64,000 bases of DNA from Myxococcota bacterium (GCA_036560145.1 DATBRV010000141.1:13982-77981); one strand, 5' to 3'; positions 18,187 through 28,675 are shown, counted from the stretch's first letter. The notes: a model not told the origin generated them from the sequence alone. Translations and numbers: made by a program.

Positions 18187-18917
18187 TCGAGCCCGAAGCT
18201 GACGGTCACCACCGCGCGGACCGTCTTCTCGATCGACGAAGTGTCGTACATGCCCTCGCCGGAGATCTCGGTCGAGTGGGCCGGCGTGATCTGGAAGACT
18301 CCCTGCGTGGCCCAGCTGAGCTCGCCGAGCTTCGCGCCCGTCTTGTCGGCGATCTCGCCCGCCCGCAGCCGCGCGTCGGCCGACGCCGCCCCGAGCATCT
18401 CGATCTTGAGGTCGTCGAGCGCCGTGTAATAGAAGCTTGGCGCGAAGGAGGCGAGCTCGACACCGTCCCGGATCAACCCGGTCACTTCCTTCGAGACCTT
18501 TTCGACGAGCGTCACGTCCTTCGAGGAGAGCGTGAGCGTCTGACCGAGCTCGTAGAGCTCGACCTCGTTGGTGAAGTAGCCCTGCTCGCCCTGGCGGAAG
18601 CGCGTCTGGATCGAGACGGGGGAGACCGAGATCTGCTCGCGCGTGATTCCGGCCTCGCCGAGGAAGGCGAGCACGCGCGCGAGGTCGGCCTCGATCTTCC
18701 CGTAGGCCGCCGGCATCTCGCGGGAACGCGAGGTGAGCGAGCCGGTCCAGATCGCGAAATCCGAGCGGATCGGGCGCTGCGCGAAGCCCTTCACCGTGAC
18801 GCTGCGCGAAGCGCCGCGGACGTCGCGCACGACGCTGCCCGCGTAGAGGGCGATGGCGAAGAGCCCCGCCACCAGGACGAGGGCGGCGGCGGATCTGCGC
18901 TCGGGTGCTTCGGCCAT
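18183..18917 (-). CDS. SIMPL (DUF541) domain protein
   Basis: ATG 18917 preceded by GAGGAGGAG, inside ORF 18183..18980. One N-terminal TM helix and a SIMPL-like body ending TVRAVVTVSFGLD. Confidence 0.78.
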   Translation of the reverse strand: MAEAPERRSAAALVLVAGLFAIALYAGSVVRDVRGASRSVTVKGFAQRPIRSDFAIWTGSLTSRSREMPAAYGKIEADLARVLAFLGEAGITREQISVSPVSIQTRFRQGEQGYFTNEVELYELGQTLTLSSKDVTLVEKVSKEVTGLIRDGVELASFAPSFYYTALDDLKIEMLGAASADARLRAGEIADKTGAKLGELSWATQGVFQITPAHSTEISGEGMYDTSSIEKTVRAVVTVSFGLD

Positions 18918-18983
18918 GCGGCTCCTCCTCGCTGCCCGCGCTCCGGAAGGGCGCGGCAGAGAGTATCCCGCTCCCGGCAAAGT

Positions 18984-19613
18984 TCACTCTTGCAGGGCGG
19001 CGATCGCCGTGCGCCCGATCGCGTCGCGCGCGAGATCGCGCGCGGCCACGCGGTCGGGAGCGCGGGTCGTGAGGGACGTGACGGCGAACGCCCGCCTGGC
19101 ATCGATCGGGCGCGAGTAGTGCGCGAAGGCGCCGCCCGACTCGAGCGAGAGCGCGCGGTGGTACCACTCCCGCCCGTGGGAATCGAGCACGAGCCCCCAC
19201 GTGCTTCCCGGCGGCGGCGCGTCGCCGGGCGCGCCTTCGAGCCTCGCCCGGTAGACCGCAAGCGCGACCCCGGCGAGCGGCGGCTCGAGCTCGAGCAGCC
19301 AGAAGTCGAGGAAGACGGTGCAGGCTTCCTCCGGCTCGCGGTCTTCGCGCGCGCAGTCGTAGGCGTAGCCCGCGAGGCGCGTCTCGCTCACCCCGGATTC
19401 GGCGGGAGCCAGGGCGGCCGCCGCGCCGTCCCGGGCGCCCGCGGGCGCCGCTGGCTCGTCGGGAAACGCGTACCGGATCATGCTCGCGCCGACGGGGATC
19501 TGCGCCGCGGTCCACGTGAAGGGCCGGAGGTCGACGACGGACTCGACGGGCCCGCGGGCGCACGCGGCCGAGAGGATCGCGGCGAGCACGCCGGCAGCGC
19601 GCGGAACGCTCAT
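18984..19613 (-). CDS. hypothetical lipoprotein
   Basis: ORF 18984..19613. Lipobox-like LSAAC. ATGA overlap with the dipeptidase stop. Confidence 0.5.
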   Translation of the reverse strand: MSVPRAAGVLAAILSAACARGPVESVVDLRPFTWTAAQIPVGASMIRYAFPDEPAAPAGARDGAAAALAPAESGVSETRLAGYAYDCAREDREPEEACTVFLDFWLLELEPPLAGVALAVYRARLEGAPGDAPPPGSTWGLVLDSHGREWYHRALSLESGGAFAHYSRPIDARRAFAVTSLTTRAPDRVAARDLARDAIGRTAIAALQE

Positions 19614-20773
19614 CGCTCGGGCAGCACCTCGCGCAGCACCCGCACGACGTTGCCGCCGAGAATCTTGCGGATCGACGCTTCCGGGAAGCCGTCCTCGAGC
19701 AGCTGCTGCGTCAGCGCGGCGAGCTGGCTGGTGTCGAAGCCGACCGTCGTCGCGCCGTCGTAATCGGAGCCCAGGCCGACGTGATCGTCGCCCACCAGCG
19801 AGACGACGTGGCGCATCGCGGCCACCACCTGGCGCGGCTCGCGGCCGCAGACCGCCGTCTCCCAGTAGCCGATGCCGATCACGCCGCCCCCCGCCGCGAT
19901 CGCGCGCACATGCTCGTCCGAGAGCGTGCGCTCGCTCGGACAGGTGCCCTTCACGCCGCCGTGCGAGACCACGGTGGGCCGGGTCGCCATCGCGAGCACC
20001 TCGTCGATGGCGGCGGGCGAGACGTGGGCGAGGTCGATCAGGACTCCGCGCTCCTCCATCCCTCGCACCAGCGCGCGGCCGAGCTCCGTGAGCCCGCCCT
20101 TCCGGGCGCCGTGCGCCGAGCCCGCGAACTCGTTGTCAAAAAAATGTGTGAGGCCGATCATCCGGAAGCCCCGGGCCACGACGACGTCGAGGTTCGCGAG
20201 GTCTCCCTCCAGCGCGTGGGCGCCCTCGATCCCGAGCAGCGCGCCGATCGGCTTCCCGCTTTGCGCGCGCCGCAGGAGCAGGGCGTCGAGATCGGCGCGG
20301 GTGCGCACCAGCACCAGCGCCCCGCCGGAGCCGGCGATGGTCTTCTCCAGGCGATCGGCCTGGAGCTCCGCGCGTCCCAGCGGACCGCGCCAGGCGAACG
20401 GGGAGATCTGAGCGAGTCCGAGCAGCGTGAGCAGATCGAAGGCGTCGCTCTCGTTGCGCTCGATGTTGAGGCCGAGGGGGACGACGGTGGCGGCCGTGAA
20501 GAACTGAAGCCCCACGCCGCCCTCCTGGAGACGCGGCAGGTCGACGTGACCAACACTGGATCGCGCCAGGAGGTCCCGCCCCGTCAGCAGGGAATCGGCG
20601 TGCATGTCGGCGACCAGGCTGGAGGCGTGGAGCGCCCGCGCCGCCGGCGAGACCTCCGGCAACGCCACCGGATCGAGCCGGTTCAGGAAGCGCTCGACCA
20701 CGCGGCCCACGCCGAAGAACGCGAGCAGCAGCAGCGCGAGGAGGAGGCCGAGCTTCCGGCCGAGTCCGCTCAT
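19610..20773 (-). CDS. membrane (M19) dipeptidase
   Basis: ORF 19610..20857. ATG 20773 gives a signal-anchor N-terminus (the alternative is GTG 20857). M19-like HADSLL, GLTHFFDNEF, VSHGG, GSDYDG. Confidence 0.85.
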   Translation of the reverse strand: MSGLGRKLGLLLALLLLAFFGVGRVVERFLNRLDPVALPEVSPAARALHASSLVADMHADSLLTGRDLLARSSVGHVDLPRLQEGGVGLQFFTAATVVPLGLNIERNESDAFDLLTLLGLAQISPFAWRGPLGRAELQADRLEKTIAGSGGALVLVRTRADLDALLLRRAQSGKPIGALLGIEGAHALEGDLANLDVVVARGFRMIGLTHFFDNEFAGSAHGARKGGLTELGRALVRGMEERGVLIDLAHVSPAAIDEVLAMATRPTVVSHGGVKGTCPSERTLSDEHVRAIAAGGGVIGIGYWETAVCGREPRQVVAAMRHVVSLVGDDHVGLGSDYDGATTVGFDTSQLAALTQQLLEDGFPEASIRKILGGNVVRVLREVLPER

Positions 20774-20890
20774 GCGCCGCGCTGGAAGAAGGTCTGGGCC
20801 ACGGAAGGCGTCTCCGGTGTCGCCCGTCGGGTGCGGCGCGGCGGCCGATCTTATCACGCCGGGCGCGCGCGCAGGCGGAGCTCCGCCGGA

Positions 20891-21307
20891 CTACCGCCAG
20901 CCGATCACGCGGTAGCCCTTCTCCGCCAGGCATTCCTCGACGAAGCCCTTCTGGAGCGGAGCGGGCTCGCGCGAGCGGAAGAGGCCGCGCAGCAGACCGC
21001 GCGTGCCGCCCATGCCGGCGCCGAGCGCCGCGCCGCGCCCGGGATGCCCGAGGATCGCCCCGCCGACGGCGCCCACCGCCGCGCCTCCCGCCGCGCCCGC
21101 GGCGGCGCTGCCCGCCGCCCGCGCGCCGGGCTTCGCGTCGTAGCCGTAGGCCGCGGCGCGCTCCTGGCACTGCGCGACGTCATCGGCCGCCGCGGCACCC
21201 GCCGACTGGTAGCGGGCGTTTGGATAGAGCACGGGGCGCTTCGGCGCGCAGGCGACCGCGAGCGGCAACAGGCAGGCGAGAGCGCAGGCGCGAGACGCGC
21301 GTCGCAT
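20891..21307 (-). CDS. glycine-zipper lipoprotein
   Basis: ATG 21307 preceded by GGAGAGG, inside ORF 20891..21391. Lipobox LAVAC and a Gly-zipper segment GAAGGAAVGAVGGAILG...GAALGAGMGG. Confidence 0.6.
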   Translation of the reverse strand: MRRASRACALACLLPLAVACAPKRPVLYPNARYQSAGAAAADDVAQCQERAAAYGYDAKPGARAAGSAAAGAAGGAAVGAVGGAILGHPGRGAALGAGMGGTRGLLRGLFRSREPAPLQKGFVEECLAEKGYRVIGWR

Positions 21308-21395
21308 GCGGATCCTCTCCGGCCCCGGCTGGCGGCCAGGGACTCGGACGCTCGTGTCAACCCGCGCGCGGCCCTCCGGTTGCGCGGTCACCTCC

Positions 21396-22457
21396 TCAGC
21401 CGAGGGCCGCGCCCAGCAGGCGCTCGACCAGGGCCCCCCCGAGCCAGGAGCCGACGGGAATCGCCAGATAGAGGAGGAAGCGCAGGCGCATGCTGGCGTC
21501 GAAGGGCCATTCCCTCGCGGAGTCGACCAGCCCCCTCCAGGCGATCAGATCGGCGAGGCCCGCGCTCGCCTCCCGGCGCGCGATCGCCGAGCCGGCGAGC
21601 GCCGCGGGCTCGCCCCGGATCGCGGCGACCACGCGGGCGAGCTCGGCCGCCTTCGCCTCCCGGATCCGGCGGTGCACGCCGAACACGGGCAACAGCAGCG
21701 CGGCGGTCGCGATGGCGACGCAGATCAGCGCCAGCAGCGCGATCGGAAGGGCGAAGGATCGGTCCATCGCGTTCAAGGCGAAGAACGAGGGCATCAGCAG
21801 CCAGAGGAGCGCGAAGAGCAGACCCTGCCGTCCGAAGGGCGCGAGCGGAGCGAGATCGAGAAGATCGATGCGCGGGAGCCCTTGCGCGAGCTCCGAGAAG
21901 CGCCGCGAGATCCCGAGCGTGGTGTCGACGAAACGGCCGAGGCCGAAGCAGAAGAGCGCCCCCACGAACCAGGCCCAGGCGTTCTCCGCGTGCCAGTAGC
22001 CGGCGCGCAGGTAGAGGCCCGGGTCGCGATCGATGGCGAGGCCCGCGATCGGCGCCAGCAGCAGCCCGAGCCAGCCGGCGGCACGGCGGCGCCGCCCGTC
22101 GACGGGCGCGAAGCGTGCGGCGAGCGGCGGCGATTCGCTCGCGCCCAGCAGCGGAAGCAGCGCCTGGAAGTTCCGCCGCGCGCCGATCTTCGCGTAACGC
22201 TCGGCGGTGGGCACGAAGGCCGCAAGGATCAAGAGCACGACGCCGAGCCGCGCGTCGCGCTCCTCCCAGAAGGACTCGTCCCCTGCCAGGAACTCCGAGA
22301 GGCCTCCGAAGGCGGCCGAGAGCAGCACGAACGAGGCGAGCAGGGCGATCGCGATGCCGACGCCGATCCAGACCGGCGCCACCGGAAGCGCATCGAAGAG
22401 CCGATCGCTCCAGGAGTCGCTGATCGTGTCGCCGTTCGCCGCCTCGGCCACCCGCAA
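21396..22457 (-). CDS. hypothetical polytopic membrane protein
   Basis: ORF 21396..22457, with several hydrophobic helices. The first codon is TTG (GTG 6 nt downstream), so the start is uncertain. No family recognised. Confidence 0.45.
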   Translation of the reverse strand: MRVAEAANGDTISDSWSDRLFDALPVAPVWIGVGIAIALLASFVLLSAAFGGLSEFLAGDESFWEERDARLGVVLLILAAFVPTAERYAKIGARRNFQALLPLLGASESPPLAARFAPVDGRRRRAAGWLGLLLAPIAGLAIDRDPGLYLRAGYWHAENAWAWFVGALFCFGLGRFVDTTLGISRRFSELAQGLPRIDLLDLAPLAPFGRQGLLFALLWLLMPSFFALNAMDRSFALPIALLALICVAIATAALLLPVFGVHRRIREAKAAELARVVAAIRGEPAALAGSAIARREASAGLADLIAWRGLVDSAREWPFDASMRLRFLLYLAIPVGSWLGGALVERLLGAALG

Positions 22458-22596
22458 AGCCTACCCGACGGATTCCCTCCCGGCGCGGCGAGCCGGTCCC
22501 GAGCTTGACGCGGCAACCCGCGCTGTGCTCGAATCGCGCGCGAGGAGACCCCGCCCTGCTTCGTCACGCGCGCGGGACCGTCCCGACGATTCCGAC

Positions 22597-23472
22597 ATGG
22601 TGATTCCGACGGCCGAGGAGCTCGAGCGGGCGCTCGCCGGCGACCTCGCGTGGGCGCGATCCGAGCTGGGCTCGGAGATCGTCGAGGTGGCGCCCGTCTC
22701 TCCCTTGCGCGGCCGGGATCGGCCGCGCGCCGCCTTCCGTCTCCGGCTGGCCGACGGCCGCCAGCTGAAGCTGCGCCGGCTGCGCAGCGCCGAGCGTGCG
22801 GCGGAGCTGGCCCGGCTGACCGCGCACCTGCGCGAGCTCGGGATTCCGCAGGTCGTCCTGCTGCGGGCGGAGGTGCTGGCGGTGGAGTGGCTCGACGGGA
22901 CGCCGCTGCGCGAGGGCGCCGGCTACACAGAGCGGATCGAGGAGGCCGGACGGCTGCTGGGTCGGATCCACGCCACGCCGGCGTTCGAGGGACTCGCCTT
23001 GCCGGTCCTGCGGCCGACGGCCGCGGAGCTGCTCGCCATGCGCGAGGAGCTGGCGTTCCTGGTGCGGGAGGGAAGGCTCGCCGCCGCGATGGCGGAGCGG
23101 CTCGCGCAGGCGGCTCGCGAGCGGGATCCGGGCCGCGCGCTCCACGGCGTCATGCACGGCGACTTCTGCGCCGAGAACTTCGTGATCGACGGCGACGCTC
23201 GCCTGCGGGTGGTCGACAACGAAGGGCTCGAGGTGGGGCCGCTCGCCCTGGATCTCGCGCGCACCGTGTCGCGCTGGCCGATGCCGGAGAGCGCCTGGGT
23301 CCGTTTTCTCGCGGCCTACCGATCCGCCGGGGGAATCTCCGTCGAGGGCGAGGAGCTCGCGATCTGGCGGATCCGGACCCTCGTGAGGAGCGCGTGGTAT
23401 CGGGTCGGCTATCGACTGGCCGGGGACGCCGACGCGGTCGCGAGGCTGCGGACTCTGACCGAAGCTCTATAG
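22597..23472 (+). CDS. aminoglycoside-phosphotransferase-like (APH/ChoK) kinase family protein
   Basis: ATG 22597 inside ORF 22207..23472. Brenner-type catalytic motif HGDFCAENF followed by VVDNEG. Confidence 0.7.
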   Translation: MVIPTAEELERALAGDLAWARSELGSEIVEVAPVSPLRGRDRPRAAFRLRLADGRQLKLRRLRSAERAAELARLTAHLRELGIPQVVLLRAEVLAVEWLDGTPLREGAGYTERIEEAGRLLGRIHATPAFEGLALPVLRPTAAELLAMREELAFLVREGRLAAAMAERLAQAARERDPGRALHGVMHGDFCAENFVIDGDARLRVVDNEGLEVGPLALDLARTVSRWPMPESAWVRFLAAYRSAGGISVEGEELAIWRIRTLVRSAWYRVGYRLAGDADAVARLRTLTEAL

Positions 23473-23524
23473 TGAGCCCTCTCACGGGGAGCGGAAATCC
23501 GGTCCGAGAGGCGGGGCGGTCTGC

Positions 23525-24427
23525 ATGCACGGGTCCATGCCCTTCGTCTCGGTGGTCGTTCCCGTCTACAACGATGAACAGAGCCTGCGCAGCTGCCTCG
23601 CCGCGCTGCGAGAGCAGACGTATCCCCGCGAGCGCTTCGAGGTCGTGGTCGTCGACAACGCGTCGACGGACGATCTGCGCCCGATCGTCGCGGCCTTCCC
23701 GGGCTTTCGCCTCGAGCGGGAGGATCGCCCCGGCTCCTACGCCGCCCGCAACCAGGGAATCGCCTCCAGCAAGGGCCAGATCCTCGCGTTCACCGATTCC
23801 GATTGCCTGCCGGATCCCGGCTGGATCGAGGCGGGGGTCCGGGCGCTGGAGACGCGTCCGCGCTGCGGGGCGGTCGGCGGCCGGATCGAGATGGTCGCGC
23901 GCGACCCGCAGCGGATCACGCCGTTCGACCTGCACGATCTCGTCTGGGGCATGCCGCAGCGCGTCTACGTCGAGCGCTACGGCCTCGCGGCGACCGCGAA
24001 TCTGTTCGTCCATCGCTCGGTCTTCGATCGGATCGGCACGTTCGACGCCTCGTTCAAGTCCTGCGGCGACTGCGAGTGGTCGTTCCGTTGCGAGGCGGCC
24101 GGCGTCCGGCTCAGTTATGCGGACGAAGCCCGGATCGTCCATCCCACGCGCAGCTCGCTCGGCGAGTTCGTGCGGCGCCGCCGGCGCATCACCGGCGGAT
24201 ACCATCAGCTGACCCCGATCCTCGCGCGCTCCTACCCGGACAAGGCGTTCGAGATTCCCAGGACGCTTCGTCACTCCCTTCACCGGATTCGCCGCAGCCT
24301 CTCGCACCGGAGGCTCGGGACCGTCCGGAGCAAGCTCGCGTTCGCCTGCGTCGAGTTGATCCTGTACGGTGTCAACCTGACGGAGGGCTGGCGCCTGCGG
24401 CTCGGCGGTAGTCCCACCCGGAGCTGA
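23525..24427 (+). CDS. family 2 glycosyltransferase
   Basis: ORF 23525..24427. VSVVVPVYNDE, VVVDNASTD, FTDSDC (DxD). Confidence 0.88.
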   Translation: MHGSMPFVSVVVPVYNDEQSLRSCLAALREQTYPRERFEVVVVDNASTDDLRPIVAAFPGFRLEREDRPGSYAARNQGIASSKGQILAFTDSDCLPDPGWIEAGVRALETRPRCGAVGGRIEMVARDPQRITPFDLHDLVWGMPQRVYVERYGLAATANLFVHRSVFDRIGTFDASFKSCGDCEWSFRCEAAGVRLSYADEARIVHPTRSSLGEFVRRRRRITGGYHQLTPILARSYPDKAFEIPRTLRHSLHRIRRSLSHRRLGTVRSKLAFACVELILYGVNLTEGWRLRLGGSPTRS

Positions 24428-24436
24428 GAGGCGCCT

Positions 24437-25267
24437 TCAGCGCGTCCCGTAGCGGAGACGCAGCCAGCGGTGCAGCAGGGCGCCGAGACCCTCTCGGAGG
24501 CGCCCGATCGGATGGAAGTCGAGCTCGGGAGGCGGGCCGAGCCTGTTGTGTCCGTAGGCGTCGCTGCCGCGCACCAGCACGGCGCGCCAGTTGCGCAGCG
24601 GCAGGCCCTGACCGTCGACCCGCATGCCCGGGTGGATCCGGGTGCTGGTCGCGGTGAAGCGGATCGAGATGCCGCTGCGCTCCGTGTCGGATTCGTTCGG
24701 ATCCGAGCCGTGCACGATAGTCTCGTTGAACAGGAAGAATTGACCCGGCTCGACCTCCATGTGGACGGCCTCTTCCACGGGTCTGCGCTCGAGCGGCGCG
24801 TGGTGGCTGCCGGGGAAGATGCGTACGCAGCCGTTCTTCCGGGTGGTCCGGGTGAAGGCGAGCCAGGCGGTGATGTTGCGGGGCGGGTCGAGGGCCGGCG
24901 TGTTCCGATGTCCGCGGAAATCATGCTCCTGATGCCAGACCACGCGGGCGGCCCCAGGCAGCTTCCGGAAGATCGTGCTTCGCCAGAGCAGGAGGTCGGG
25001 GCCCAGGATCGAGGCCACGCGCTCCACGATCGCCGGCCGGCGGCAGGTCTCGAAGAGCGCCCGGCAGCCGAGATGGTGGTCCCGCACGGTCCGGAAGCCG
25101 TAGACGGGAGAGGGATGCAGCAGCGCCTTCAGGAAGACCGGGTAGCGCTCGGCCATCTCCTCGGGCGCGAGCGCCGTGAAGGGCCCCAGGAAGCCGTCCC
25201 GCTCGAAGCAGGCGAGCTGCTCCGGTGAGAGGCCCTCGGGAGCCGGCGTGGTCGGGTCGCCGGTCAT
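24437..25267 (-). CDS. phytanoyl-CoA dioxygenase (PhyH) family Fe(II)/2-oxoglutarate oxygenase
   Basis: ORF 24437..25267. WHQEHDF (HxD), later FPGSHH and IVHGSDPN. Its ATG abuts the aqpZ stop with no intergenic base. Confidence 0.78.
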   Translation of the reverse strand: MTGDPTTPAPEGLSPEQLACFERDGFLGPFTALAPEEMAERYPVFLKALLHPSPVYGFRTVRDHHLGCRALFETCRRPAIVERVASILGPDLLLWRSTIFRKLPGAARVVWHQEHDFRGHRNTPALDPPRNITAWLAFTRTTRKNGCVRIFPGSHHAPLERRPVEEAVHMEVEPGQFFLFNETIVHGSDPNESDTERSGISIRFTATSTRIHPGMRVDGQGLPLRNWRAVLVRGSDAYGHNRLGPPPELDFHPIGRLREGLGALLHRWLRLRYGTR

Positions 25268-25972
25268 CTAGCTCTTTTCGGAGTCGCCTCCCAGCCAGGA
25301 GTAGAAGCCGCCCGCCAGCGCGGCGCCCACGATCGGCGCGATCCAGAAGAGCCAGAGCTGGCCGAGCGCCCAACCGCCGACGAACACCGCGGGGCCGGTG
25401 CTGCGCGCCGGGTTGACCGAGAGGTTGGTGACCGGGATCCCGATCAGGTGGATCAGCGTGAGGCCGAGACCGATCGCGATCGGCGCGAAGCCCGCCGGGG
25501 CCTTTCGATCCGTCGCGCCGAGGATGATCACCAGGAACATGAACGTGAGCACCACTTCGGTGATCAGCGCCGAGCCCAGCGAATAGCCTCCGGGCGAGTG
25601 CTCGCCGTAGCCGTTCGAGGCGAGGCCCCCGGCGATGTCGAAGCCCGCCTGGCCGCTCGCGATCAGGTAGAGCATGCCCGCGCCCGCGATTCCGCCCAGC
25701 ACCTGCGCCACCACGTAGGGAACCAGCTCGCTGCTCGGAAAGCGTCCGCCGACGACGAGTCCGACCGACACCGCGGGGTTGAGATGGCAGCCAGAGATGT
25801 GTCCGATCGCATAGGCCATCGTGAGCACCGTGAGGCCGAACGCGAATGCCACGCCGAGCAGTCCGATGCCGACGTTCGGGAAGGCGGCGGACAACACCGC
25901 GCTGCCGCAGCCGCCGAGCACTAGCCAGAAGGTGCCGATGAACTCCGCCGTGGAGCGCTGGGCCAGGGACAT
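25268..25972 (-). CDS. aqpZ: aquaporin Z
   Basis: ATG 25972 preceded by AAGGAGG, inside ORF 25268..26227. Two NPA boxes (HLNPAVS, SVNPARS). Close similarity to E. coli AqpZ from memory. Confidence 0.95.
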   Translation of the reverse strand: MSLAQRSTAEFIGTFWLVLGGCGSAVLSAAFPNVGIGLLGVAFAFGLTVLTMAYAIGHISGCHLNPAVSVGLVVGGRFPSSELVPYVVAQVLGGIAGAGMLYLIASGQAGFDIAGGLASNGYGEHSPGGYSLGSALITEVVLTFMFLVIILGATDRKAPAGFAPIAIGLGLTLIHLIGIPVTNLSVNPARSTGPAVFVGGWALGQLWLFWIAPIVGAALAGGFYSWLGGDSEKS

Positions 25973-26174
25973 CGAGGGTTCCTCCTTCACGCAAGCCAGT
26001 GTCGATCGCGAAACGCGAGCGCCCCGCATTCTGCACCAACCGTCGACGCCGGAACAATGGAAACACCCGGCGCGCGATTCGAGGGGATGCCCCCACGGCG
26101 TGCCGGGGGCGCCAGCCTCGCCTATGGTCGATGGCGCCCCGCCGCGGGGGACGGCGCGGCCGGGAGGAGCAGAC

Positions 26175-27071
26175 ATGCAGCTCGGCGGATCCGGCGACCC
26201 CGGCTGGGGCGATCCGCGGCGGCGCACGCTGCTGCGCGGGCGCAGCGGCCGTTTCCGTGTCTGGCCGCTGGTGATCTTCGGTGCCTTCTTCGCCTGGTAC
26301 TACTTCTCGCATCAGGAGGAGGTGCCGCTCACCGGGCGCAAGCAGCTCGTCGATCTCTCGCGCGAGCAGGAGGCGGCGCTGGGGCTCGAGTCCTATCGGC
26401 AGATCCTCGGCCAGTCGCAGATCGTCGCGGGCGGCGCCGATGTGGACCGGATCCGCGCGATCGGACGCCGCCTGGCCGCCGTCTCCGACGATCCCGGCTT
26501 CGAGTGGGAGTTCAACCTGATCGCGTCCGATCAGGCCAACGCCTTCGCGCTGCCGGGTGGGAAGGTGGCGGTCTACTCGGGGCTGCTTCCGATCGCCGGC
26601 AACGACGACGGGCTGGCCGCCGTGATGGGGCACGAGATCGCGCACGCGATCGCGCGCCACGGCGCCGAGCGGATCGCGCACGAGAAGCTCGCGCAGCTCG
26701 GCTCGCTCGCGGTCGGCACCGCCGTCGGCGAGATGGACGTCCAGACCCAGCGCATGGTGATGGGGGCCCTCGGCGTGGGCGCGCAGTTCGGCGTGCTGCT
26801 GCCGTTCTCGCGCAGCCACGAGACCGAGGCGGACTACATGGGGCTGATCTACACGGCGCGCGCCTGCTTCGACCCGCGCGAGGCGCCGCGGCTCTGGGAG
26901 CGCATGTCACGGGCCGCGGGCGGCGGCGCGGCCCCGGCCGAGTTCATGTCGACGCATCCCGGCCACGAGACGCGCATCCAGAACCTCGATCAGTGGATGG
27001 CGGAAGCGATGCGCGTGCGCGCGGAGTCCTGCGGCGGCGCCGGCGGAACCAGCGCGGACGCGGCTCAGTAA
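26175..27071 (+). CDS. M48 family metallopeptidase
   Basis: ATG 26175 preceded by GGGAGGAG, inside ORF 25821..27071. One TM helix, HEIAH zinc motif and a downstream SHETEAD. Confidence 0.88.
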   Translation: MQLGGSGDPGWGDPRRRTLLRGRSGRFRVWPLVIFGAFFAWYYFSHQEEVPLTGRKQLVDLSREQEAALGLESYRQILGQSQIVAGGADVDRIRAIGRRLAAVSDDPGFEWEFNLIASDQANAFALPGGKVAVYSGLLPIAGNDDGLAAVMGHEIAHAIARHGAERIAHEKLAQLGSLAVGTAVGEMDVQTQRMVMGALGVGAQFGVLLPFSRSHETEADYMGLIYTARACFDPREAPRLWERMSRAAGGGAAPAEFMSTHPGHETRIQNLDQWMAEAMRVRAESCGGAGGTSADAAQ

Positions 27072-28573
27072 CGCCGCCGCCGGCGCGCCGGACCGAGGAT
27101 CGCGCCCATCAGCCCGCGCGTGACGGCCCCGGCGACGGTGCGCGCGAGCGGAGAGTTGAGGATCCGCGAGAACGAGGAGTCGTCCGGCGTCGCGCGCCCG
27201 CCGCGGGCGGGCGCCTCGGGCTCCGGCTCCGCCTCCTGCCGACGGCGCGCGAGCTTCTCCTCGGCGCTGTCGCGGTCCACCGCCTCCGCGTAGCGGCGCA
27301 CCTGCGGCGTCGCGAGCCGCGCCGCCAGCTCGGCCGGATCCAGCGGGCCCATGCGCGAGGCGGGCGGGATCAGGCGGGTCGCAAACGGCGGCGTGGGAGC
27401 GCCGCTCTTGCCGAGCACCGTGATCAGCGCCTCGCCGATCCCGAGCGCGGTGAGCGTCTCGGCCACGTCGTAGAAGTCCGTCCTCGGGAAGGTGCGCGCG
27501 GCTGCGCGCAGCGCCTTCTCGTCGTCGGGCGTGAAGGCGCGCAGCGCGTGCTGGACGCGGTTGCCGAGCTGGGCGAGGACGTCCGGCGGAACGTCCTTCG
27601 GGCTCTGCGTGACGAAGAAGATCCCGACGCCCTTCGAGCGCACCAGCCGCACTACCTGCTCGACCTGCTCGAGGAAGGCCCGGCTCGCGCCTTCGAAGAG
27701 CCAGTGCGCCTCGTCGAAGAAGAACACGAGCTTGGGCTTGTCGAGGTCGCCCACCTCGGGGAGCTGCGCGTAGAGGCGCGCGAGCATCCACATCATGAAG
27801 GTGGAGAAGAGCGCCGGCTTGTCCTGCACGTCGGAGAGCTCGAGCACGGAGATCAGCCCGCGCCCGTCGCGCTCGATCTGGAGCAGGTCGTCGAGGTCGA
27901 ACTCGGGCTCGCCGAAGAAGGCCAGCGCCCCCTGCTGCTCGAGCTCGACCAGCTCGCGCAGCAGCACGCCGACCGTCGCCTTCGACATGCCGCCATAGCC
28001 GGCCAGCTCGCTGGCGCCCTCGCCCGAGAGATGCGCGAGCACGGCGCGCAGATCCGCGAAGTCGAGCAGCTCGAGGCCGCGGTCGTCGCTCCACTTGAAG
28101 ACCATGCTGAGGACGCTGGTCTGCGTCTCGTTGAGCCCGAGCACGCGGGAGAGCAGCAGCGGGCCGAAGGAGGAGACCGTCGCGCGCAGCTGGGCGCCGA
28201 GCTTGCCCGAGAGGCTCAGGAACTCGACCGGGCAGGGGGCCGGGCGCCAGGCGTAACCGGTGTCGCGGGCGCGTTCGGTGACGCGCTCGCCCGGCTCTCC
28301 CGCCACGGCGAGCCCGGAGAGATCGCTCTTGAGATCGGCGAGGAAGACCGGAACGCCGGCCGCCGAGATCTGCTCGGCCATCAGCTGGAGGGTCTTGGTC
28401 TTTCCCGTTCCGGTGGCGCCGGCGATCAGACCGTGGCGGCTGAGCATCGCGAGCGGCACCGCGACCAACGGCTCCGGGTGACACTCGCCGCGGTGCACGG
28501 GCGCGCCGAGCGTGACGGCCTTCGCATTCGCGGGGAAGGCAGCGCGCGCTGCGGCGAGGAGCTGCGGATCCAT
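27065..28573 (-). CDS. DUF853 / HerA-like P-loop ATPase (YjgR family)
   Basis: ORF 27065..28573. Walker A GATGTGKTKT and Walker B-like LVFFFDEAH. Confidence 0.85.
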   Translation of the reverse strand: MDPQLLAAARAAFPANAKAVTLGAPVHRGECHPEPLVAVPLAMLSRHGLIAGATGTGKTKTLQLMAEQISAAGVPVFLADLKSDLSGLAVAGEPGERVTERARDTGYAWRPAPCPVEFLSLSGKLGAQLRATVSSFGPLLLSRVLGLNETQTSVLSMVFKWSDDRGLELLDFADLRAVLAHLSGEGASELAGYGGMSKATVGVLLRELVELEQQGALAFFGEPEFDLDDLLQIERDGRGLISVLELSDVQDKPALFSTFMMWMLARLYAQLPEVGDLDKPKLVFFFDEAHWLFEGASRAFLEQVEQVVRLVRSKGVGIFFVTQSPKDVPPDVLAQLGNRVQHALRAFTPDDEKALRAAARTFPRTDFYDVAETLTALGIGEALITVLGKSGAPTPPFATRLIPPASRMGPLDPAELAARLATPQVRRYAEAVDRDSAEEKLARRRQEAEPEPEAPARGGRATPDDSSFSRILNSPLARTVAGAVTRGLMGAILGPARRRRRY

Positions 28574-28675
28574 CTGGAGGTCTCCGAGGACGAAGCGCCG
28601 CGCGGCGCCGGCTCGCAGGGTAACATGGGGCCGGCCAGCTTAAAGCCGTCGCCGCCGACGGCCGATCCACGCGAG

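Noticed and set aside
20858-20893. Possible collapsed inverted copy of the intergenic repeat (gagctccgcctgcgcgcgcgcc). A similar half-core lies at about 29036-29060.
   Set aside because: Only about 20 nt of GC-rich similarity, requiring internal deletions. This cannot be told apart by eye from background GC-rich sequence, so it is left out of the repeat family.
22505-22534. TTGACG-18-TCGAAT promoter-like hexamers upstream of the kinase-like gene.
   Set aside because: Poor -10 hexamer and non-optimal spacing. Not enough support to annotate.
27065-28573. HerA-like DUF853 ATPase considered as part of a phage-defence system.
   Set aside because: No nuclease, Sir2, DUF4297 or other effector partner is adjacent. 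The neighbours are a convergent M48 peptidase and a small membrane protein. DUF853/YjgR is a widespread stand-alone gene.
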